Positions 54,407 through 60,347 of a stretch of 60,347 bases of DNA are shown here, piece after piece. Made by a program: the position numbers and the translations under genes. The stretch is from a virus. Its lineage: Duplodnaviria > Caudoviricetes. Below the pieces are notes generated by a model. That model was given only the letters and a program-made list of their open reading frames with translations, searched no databases and was not told where the DNA came from. The stretch is from IMG/VR virus record IMGVR_UViG_3300046777_000773, positions 1 to 60,347 of that record; one strand, given 5' to 3'. The stretch's first letter is position 1, and the number at the start of each line of letters is the position of its first letter.

Positions 54407-56735
54407 AAACCTCGATACCACGCCCGATATGGAATTTGAGTTCTCCGAAGAGACCCTTGAGCTAGACGCGCCCGAGGAGATCGTCGAAGTCGACATGTCC
54501 TTTGGCGCCAATCTTGCCCTAGCCATCGAAGACGCCATCCTAAATGACATCGGCTCCGCTCGTCAAGACGCCCTCCAGAACATCAAGAACTCCCGCCAAC
54601 AGTGGGAAGAGAAGATCAAGCAGGGCATCAAGTACCTTGGCCTCAACACCGAAGGCGAAGGCAATGTAGACGTCGAAGGCGCTTGCACCGCAGTCCACCC
54701 GCTCCTGATCGAGAACGTCGTCAAGTTCCAAGCCAAAGCCATCCAAGAGTTGTGGCCCGCCAAGGGTCCCGTCCGCACCAAGATCCGTGGCTATGTAGAC
54801 ATTCCCCGCGAGCAGATCGCCCAGCGCGTCCGCACCTACATGAACTATCAGCTTACTGAGCAGGTGCCCGGCTTCTACAGCGACCTTGAGCGCAACTTGT
54901 TCCGCGTGGGCTTCATGGGCACGGGCATCCGCAAGGCTGGCTGGAATGGCTCTACCCAGACGCCCGACCCCACCATCATCTACGCTGAGAACTTCTACGT
55001 CGAACCCTCGGTCACGCACCTGAAGGACGCCGAAGAATACATCGAAGTGATGGAACTGTCCCCGCGCAAGATGGACAACCTGATCGCCTCCGATACCTTC
55101 CGCGCGATAGCCGAGAACGACTCAGAAGAAGTCCTCGACACCAACGAAATCACTGAAGCCATCGCCAATGCCCAAGGCTTCGACATGTCCCTTGAGCGCA
55201 AGGGTTTCTCGGTCGGCGAGTCCCACTGCTACCTCGACCTAGACGGCGCTGACCATCTGCTGCCCGAAGGTGGCATGGCGCCCTACATCGTCCACTTCAA
55301 CACCAAGACTGGCAACGTCTACTCGATCCGGCGCAACTGGCGCGAGGGCGACCCGTCCATGACGAAGCGCCTCTGGTACACCATCGACCAATTCATTCCC
55401 GCGTTCGGCATCTACGGCTTAGGCTACGTCCATCTGATCGGCGACCTTGCCGCAGCTTCTAGCGCCGCCCTCCGTGCCTTGGTCGACTCAGGTCAGTACG
55501 CCAACTGGACAGCGGGCTTCAAATCCCAAGACGCCAAGTTCTCCGACTCCGACACCCCGCTTGGTTTCGGTGAGTTCCGTGACGTGAACCTGAGCCCCGA
55601 AGAACTCCAGAAGGCGTTCCTCCCGCTCCCCACCAAAGAACCCTCCCAAACTTTGTTCTCGCTCCTCCGTTACATGGTGGACTCGGGCCAGAAGTTCGCG
55701 GACTCTGCTGACGAGGTCGTGGCCAATAGCACCAACTACGGCCCGGCTGCAACTACCCTAGCTTTGCTTGAAGCTTCGCAGCGGTTCTACTCCTCGATCC
55801 ACAAGCGCCTTCACCAGTCGCAGGGCGAGTTCCTGAAGCTGATTGGGGAACTGAACTTTGAGAACCTGCCGGACCTAGTCAACTTTGTGGTAGGCGCCGA
55901 GAACCAATACGTCCAGCGCACGGACTTCAATCCGCAAGTCGTCGACGTCATTCCGGCCTCTGACCCCAATGCCCTCACCGAGTCGCAGCGGGTGGCCAAG
56001 GCACAGATCGAACTGAATACGGCCCAGCAGTTCCCGCAACTTCACAACATGGAAGAAGCCTTGCGGCGTTACTACGCGGCTCTGGGTGTAGAGGGTATCG
56101 ACAAACTTCTCGTGAACCCGGAAGCCGAAGCAGTCAGCGCGGACCCCCTCACGGAAGTCCAGGCAGCTATGCGCGGCAAGCCCATCAAAGCACAACTGGG
56201 TCAGAACCACGCGGCTCACATCGCCGTCAAGACTGCCTTCCTCCAAGCGCCTCAGATGCAGGGCGTCAACGATCCCACGGTCGCCATGGGTCAGCAGCTT
56301 TTGAATGCCAACATTGCTGAACACAAGGTCCTGATGTTCGTGGCCCAAGCTATGCAACTGGCACAGCAGATGGGTATGCCTATCGAAGATGAAAACGTGC
56401 AGGCGCAGATCGCCACGCAGCTTATTCAGATCTCTAACGAAAGCAACCCGCAGCAACAGCAGGCCAACATCGAGCAGCAGATGATCCAGCTACAGGCCGC
56501 TGAACTCGAAATGGCCGGTCAGCGCATCCAGTCGCAGGATGTACGCGAAGCGGCCAAGATCGCCCAGAAGAACCGGGAACTTGACCTCAAAGAGACGGAC
56601 ATGCTGCTCAAGGCGCAAAACTCCCAGAAGCGTAACCAGATCGACGCCTCTGCGAAAATACTTGACAACTCTGCAAAATTAGCGGATATTCAAGCCCAAA
56701 GACTTGCTGAGAGGGCTAACGCACCTACTACATGA
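54399..56735 (+). CDS. Portal protein
   Basis: SRQQWE, HPLLIE..VKFQA, YMNYQL, YGLGYVHLIG, IHKRLH; Gln-rich barrel; follows TerL. Confidence 0.85.
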   Translation: MSENLDTTPDMEFEFSEETLELDAPEEIVEVDMSFGANLALAIEDAILNDIGSARQDALQNIKNSRQQWEEKIKQGIKYLGLNTEGEGNVDVEGACTAVHPLLIENVVKFQAKAIQELWPAKGPVRTKIRGYVDIPREQIAQRVRTYMNYQLTEQVPGFYSDLERNLFRVGFMGTGIRKAGWNGSTQTPDPTIIYAENFYVEPSVTHLKDAEEYIEVMELSPRKMDNLIASDTFRAIAENDSEEVLDTNEITEAIANAQGFDMSLERKGFSVGESHCYLDLDGADHLLPEGGMAPYIVHFNTKTGNVYSIRRNWREGDPSMTKRLWYTIDQFIPAFGIYGLGYVHLIGDLAAASSAALRALVDSGQYANWTAGFKSQDAKFSDSDTPLGFGEFRDVNLSPEELQKAFLPLPTKEPSQTLFSLLRYMVDSGQKFADSADEVVANSTNYGPAATTLALLEASQRFYSSIHKRLHQSQGEFLKLIGELNFENLPDLVNFVVGAENQYVQRTDFNPQVVDVIPASDPNALTESQRVAKAQIELNTAQQFPQLHNMEEALRRYYAALGVEGIDKLLVNPEAEAVSADPLTEVQAAMRGKPIKAQLGQNHAAHIAVKTAFLQAPQMQGVNDPTVAMGQQLLNANIAEHKVLMFVAQAMQLAQQMGMPIEDENVQAQIATQLIQISNESNPQQQQANIEQQMIQLQAAELEMAGQRIQSQDVREAAKIAQKNRELDLKETDMLLKAQNSQKRNQIDASAKILDNSAKLADIQAQRLAERANAPTT

Positions 56736-56923
56736 AGTTACTATCGGACTACGTTGCAGAAGTACAGAAGCGTATAGACCGCGAAAAAGATTCTTTGGCT
56801 AGGGGGTCAGCGACCTCCTACGATGAATACGCTCGCATATGCGGCGTTATAACCGGCTTGGGTCTTGCCGTCAACATCTTAAAAGACCTCTTCCAATCGA
56901 CACCATTTGAGGAAAGGGACTAA
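56732..56923 (+). CDS. Conserved hypothetical protein
   Basis: LARGSA.SYDEY...CG.I.GL; between portal and GroES. Confidence 0.65.
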   Translation: MKLLSDYVAEVQKRIDREKDSLARGSATSYDEYARICGVITGLGLAVNILKDLFQSTPFEERD

Positions 56924-57339
56924 TGCTTACCACCCGCGCGCCTCTCGACGGGGCCATCTCTAATGACCAGTGGATCTCGGCGGACGAAGTTCCAGACCCG
57001 ACGCCACTGCCACGGATTCCCGGTGTGGGGATTCTTGTCCGGCCTGTGCCCATTCGGCGCAAGACTGCGGGCGGTATCCTCCTTCCCGACACGTTCCGTG
57101 AAGACCGTGAATACCTCAACACTGTGGGTCGCGTCCTTGCTTTGGGCGAACTCGCGTTCGTGGATGAAGATATATACCGAAAGGGTCCTTGGGTCAAGCC
57201 CGGCGACCACATCGTATATTCCAAGCTTGCTGGCCAGAAGATCTTTTGGAAGGGCGTGAAGCTCCTCCTCATCAAAGCTTCCAGCATCGAGCTTGTAGTC
57301 GACACCCCCGAATACCTCGACTCAAATTTCAAGGAATAA
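56923..57339 (+). CDS. groES: Co-chaperonin GroES (Cpn10)
   Basis: ILVRP....KTAGGILLPD, GRVLALG, WVKPGD.I.YSK.AG. Confidence 0.85.
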   Translation: MLTTRAPLDGAISNDQWISADEVPDPTPLPRIPGVGILVRPVPIRRKTAGGILLPDTFREDREYLNTVGRVLALGELAFVDEDIYRKGPWVKPGDHIVYSKLAGQKIFWKGVKLLLIKASSIELVVDTPEYLDSNFKE

Positions 57340-57342
57340 CCC

Positions 57343-58344
57343 ATGTCCGAATCCGGCTATCAAGAACTCGATCTTGACAATCCTGGCAAATCACCTCCCG
57401 AAGCAGAAGCGTCCGACATCGAGATCGTTGAAGAGACGCCCGCTCAAGAAGCTCCTGAAGCGGTTCCCGAAACTCCCGCTGACGCTCGGCAAGCCACAGT
57501 TTCCGAAGACGATGATTCCGACGAGAGCGATAGTGCATCTGACGAATCTCCCTCCGAACGCAAGAAGCTAACACGAAGCCAGCGCCTCAAGAACCAGCGG
57601 GATGCTTATGCCAGACAATTGGCCGAAGCGCAAGCTCGCATGCAGGCTCTTGAGAGTCGTGCGCGTAAAGCTGAAGCTCAAGCCAACGAAGGCGCTGCTA
57701 TCGGTTTCGATCTCTACATCAAGCAACTCGATACCTCGATGCAGGCTCTGCGCCGGGACTTCGATGCTGCCTATGATGCTGGCGACCGTGACAAGATCTT
57801 TGAGATCCAGCAACAAATCGCTACCATCACGGCGGCCAAGGCGCAAGCTGAAAAGGATCGTAGGGACATCCCTACCAAGACAGCCGCGCCCACAAAAGAA
57901 GTACGGAAGCCGCTTCCCGCTTCACCCCAAGAACCGCCCAAGCGAACCCCCAGCCCGGCAGCAGTCGAGTGGTACGAGCGCAACAAAGACTGGTTCAACA
58001 AGGATGCAGTCCTTACGGCCAGTGCCCGCGTGATCGACCAGCAAATGGTTCGTGATGGCTTTGCGCCTGACGACCCGGACTACTTCGAGGAACTGGACAA
58101 GCGCCTCCAGAAGGAGTTCCCCCAGAAGTTTGGTCGCCCGCCAGGACGCCCGCCCGCCAACAACCCTACCATCCAGAACCGCTCGGCCCCGGCCCCGGCG
58201 CCCGGCAAAATCCGCGTGACCATCACTCAGGCTGACCGGGACATGGCAAATCATCTCGGCATCTCAGTGGAGCAGTACGCCCGTGAGAAAGCCAAGACTG
58301 AACGTGCCGCCCAGACCACCAGCCAATACACGGAGATTCTGTAA
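57343..58344 (+). CDS. Capsid scaffolding protein
   Basis: Acidic N-terminus, coiled coil, W..RN.WF, YF.ELDKRL, LGIS.EQYA. Confidence 0.7.
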   Translation: MSESGYQELDLDNPGKSPPEAEASDIEIVEETPAQEAPEAVPETPADARQATVSEDDDSDESDSASDESPSERKKLTRSQRLKNQRDAYARQLAEAQARMQALESRARKAEAQANEGAAIGFDLYIKQLDTSMQALRRDFDAAYDAGDRDKIFEIQQQIATITAAKAQAEKDRRDIPTKTAAPTKEVRKPLPASPQEPPKRTPSPAAVEWYERNKDWFNKDAVLTASARVIDQQMVRDGFAPDDPDYFEELDKRLQKEFPQKFGRPPGRPPANNPTIQNRSAPAPAPGKIRVTITQADRDMANHLGISVEQYAREKAKTERAAQTTSQYTEIL

Positions 58345-58835
58345 TGAAAAACAAAATGTTCGCGGCCCCCAACAACGCCGTCGATGAAGCACTTGAAAAT
58401 TCATTAGATATGGAGTATACTCCTCCTAATGCGCTAGAAATCCCCCCGATGCCCGACGCAGATGCGTTCGTCTATAGATGGATTCGCTTCCGGGTTGGGG
58501 ACCAAGATGACTTTAATAGCATCTCCCAGCGCATGAGGGAAGGGTGGTCATTCGTCCCCATCGAGGAAGTTCCTGATGGTTACGTTTTCCCCGGACTCGA
58601 AAGTAAGATTTCTGCTTTGGCAGGCGCGGCAATCAACGGCGACCTCGTGTTCGCAAAGCTGCCTCGACGGAAAGCGGAAGCCATCCAGAAGTGGGCCGAA
58701 GACAGGGCCATTCAAGCGGAGCAGGCTTTCGATCTGAAGACAATCAGCTATGAAGACGGTTCGGGCCGTACCCAACGCTTTGCCAATGAAGGTTCAAAAC
58801 GCTTTTCCAGAGGGCGACGTCCCTCGTTTGGATAA
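58344..58835 (+). CDS. Conserved head-module protein
   Basis: YRWIR...NSISQRMREGW.FV; contains promoter TTGAAA-N17-TATACT (58393-58421). Confidence 0.65.
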   Translation: MKNKMFAAPNNAVDEALENSLDMEYTPPNALEIPPMPDADAFVYRWIRFRVGDQDDFNSISQRMREGWSFVPIEEVPDGYVFPGLESKISALAGAAINGDLVFAKLPRRKAEAIQKWAEDRAIQAEQAFDLKTISYEDGSGRTQRFANEGSKRFSRGRRPSFG

Positions 58836-58854
58836 CACATAAAGGAGGATAAAG

Positions 58855-59445
58855 GTGGCACAGTCTTTTGCCCCGTTCGGTCTCCGCGCTATTGCTGCCC
58901 TCGGCACGCATGGCAACGAAGTCCGCGCTTATCCGCTCCCCAATGGCGCTAACTGCCCTGACCTCGGTAAGGGGTCTCCGGTAAAGCTGTCGGGTGGCGT
59001 TATTACGTCTGCTGGTACAGGTGGCGGCCCGCTTCTGGGTGTTGCTGCTGGCTTCGCTTGGATCGACCCGACCACGAAGCAACCCCAGCTTAAGAACTCA
59101 ATCCCCGCAGATACGTCTTCGGCTGGCCTGTACGACGGTTCCGACCGCCCGACCGCCTATGTCGTGGACAATCCGTTCGCGCTCTTCATGATTCAGGCTG
59201 ACGCTTCCGTTACGGCGGGCGACCTCGGTCTCAACTTTGATGTGACTGCGGCGGGCGGCGATGTCAACTCGGTGTACGGTACGTCCCAGTATGCACTGGA
59301 TGCGTCCACTCGTACCTCTGCGGTTGGCACTGCTGTGAAGCTTGTGGGTCTGGCCAACATTGTCGACAACAACTGGGGCGATCCGTACCCGGTCCTGATC
59401 GTCAAGCTGAATGGTCCGATCCTCCAGCAGGTTTCTGCGGCTTAA
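58855..59445 (+). CDS. Capsid decoration/cement protein
   Basis: APFGLR, G.PVKL, LLGV..G, VVDNP..LF.IQAD; precedes capsid gene. Confidence 0.65.
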   Translation: MAQSFAPFGLRAIAALGTHGNEVRAYPLPNGANCPDLGKGSPVKLSGGVITSAGTGGGPLLGVAAGFAWIDPTTKQPQLKNSIPADTSSAGLYDGSDRPTAYVVDNPFALFMIQADASVTAGDLGLNFDVTAAGGDVNSVYGTSQYALDASTRTSAVGTAVKLVGLANIVDNNWGDPYPVLIVKLNGPILQQVSAA

Positions 59446-59461
59446 TAGGGGGACATAGCAA

Positions 59462-60347
59462 ATGACTATTTTGACTCGCGCACAGTTTGCGAAGCAGCTT
59501 GTTCCCGGCCTCAATGCCATCTTCGGTACGGCTTATAAGAGCATCGACAACGAACACACTCCGCTGTTCGACGTTGAGCGTTCCGACCGTTCGTTCGAAG
59601 AAGAAGTGTTGATGACGGGTTTTGGTACGGCCCCGGTCAAGTCGGAAGGCGATCAGGTGTTCTTCGACACCGCGTCTGAAGCTTGGACGAGCCGCTACAC
59701 CCACGAAACCGTTGCCATGGCTTTCGCCATCACCGAAGAAGCTATCGAGGATAACCTCTATGGCACGACCGGCAAGATGAAGGCGAATGCGATGGGCCGC
59801 GCTATGGCGAACGCCAAGCAGGTGAAGGCCGCTAACGTCTTCAACAACGGCTTCTCCACCAGCGCCCTGTATGCTGGCGGCGACGGCAAGCCTCTCTTCG
59901 CTACGGACCACCCCACGCTGGCGGCTGGTACGCAGTCCAACAAGGTTAGCTCGGACTTGTCCGAAACTGCCCTTGAAGCGGCCCTTATCAACATCTCGTT
60001 GACCAAGGATGACCGTGGCCTGCTGATTGGCGCCCGCGCTGTGAGCCTGCACATTCCGCCGCAGCTTCAGTTCGTTGCTCACCGTATCCTGTTCTCGGAC
60101 CTCCGCGTCGGTACGGCTGACAATGACACGAACGCTATGAAGGACATGGGCCTGTTCTCGAAGGGCTACACCGTCAACCATCGCTTCACGGACACCAACG
60201 GTTGGTTCATTCGCACTGACGTGCCGAACGGTACCAAGATGTTTGTCCGTGCTCCGCTGGCTACCAAGGACGATGTGGACTTCCTGACCGGCAACATGCG
60301 CTACAAGGCTCGCGAGCGTTACAGCTTTGGCTGGTCTGATTGGCGTC
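59462..60347 (+). CDS. Major capsid protein (continues at 1..34; missing from ORF track)
   Basis: Translated by hand: MTILTRAQFAKQLVPGLNAIFG...SDRSFEEE...RYTHETVAMAFAITEEAIEDNLY...GGDGKPLF...YKARERYSFGWSD. Confidence 0.9.
   Translation, partial: MTILTRAQFAKQLVPGLNAIFGTAYKSIDNEHTPLFDVERSDRSFEEEVLMTGFGTAPVKSEGDQVFFDTASEAWTSRYTHETVAMAFAITEEAIEDNLYGTTGKMKANAMGRAMANAKQVKAANVFNNGFSTSALYAGGDGKPLFATDHPTLAAGTQSNKVSSDLSETALEAALINISLTKDDRGLLIGARAVSLHIPPQLQFVAHRILFSDLRVGTADNDTNAMKDMGLFSKGYTVNHRFTDTNGWFIRTDVPNGTKMFVRAPLATKDDVDFLTGNMRYKARERYSFGWSDWR

Noticed and set aside
53240-54550. 436-aa minus-strand ORF and similar long antisense ORFs (9376..10443, 11586..12560, 43557..44387, 59402..60181)
   Set aside because: Shadows expected from biased codon use opposite recognisable genes
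60343-60347. Biological terminal repeat at the window ends
   Set aside because: Only a 5-nt overlap in the middle of the capsid gene; consistent with an arbitrary assembly cut of a circular contig

Overview
The window is an essentially complete, circularly permuted ~60.3 kb tailed-phage genome. The major capsid gene runs off the right end and continues at base 1 through a 5-nt overlap (gcgtc). The morphogenesis module is podovirus-like: TerS, TerL, portal, GroES, scaffold, capsid, adaptor/nozzle, large internal (ejection) proteins and tail fibres. I recognise no integrase, repressor, RNA polymerase, primase or tRNA, so it is probably lytic and dependent on host sigma70. SleB, DUF1289 and class II RNR weakly suggest an alphaproteobacterial host. 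Two arms diverge from a control region at ~36.9-41 kb and converge at ~19.08 kb. The + arm carries thyX, nrdJ, tail fibres, a helicase-like ATPase, packaging/head/tail genes and glycosyltransferases. The - arm carries early genes, recombination genes, a split family A DNA polymerase, nucleotide enzymes, lysis genes and a block of basic low-complexity proteins. Most interesting observations: (1) a hydrophobic-x-x-G-G-x-hydrophobic motif repeated >20 times in 7 proteins; (2) a glycosyltransferase/methyltransferase/Maf-like operon paired with a VSA motif enriched in virion proteins; (3) three promoter-to-terminator ncRNA candidates, one with an anti-Shine-Dalgarno loop; (4) two copies of an iteron-type origin whose repeat also overlaps the helicase promoter; (5) a homing endonuclease that split thyX and supplied a recoded 5' end; (6) a polymerase split inside its proofreading domain. 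All calls are by eye, with no database searches.
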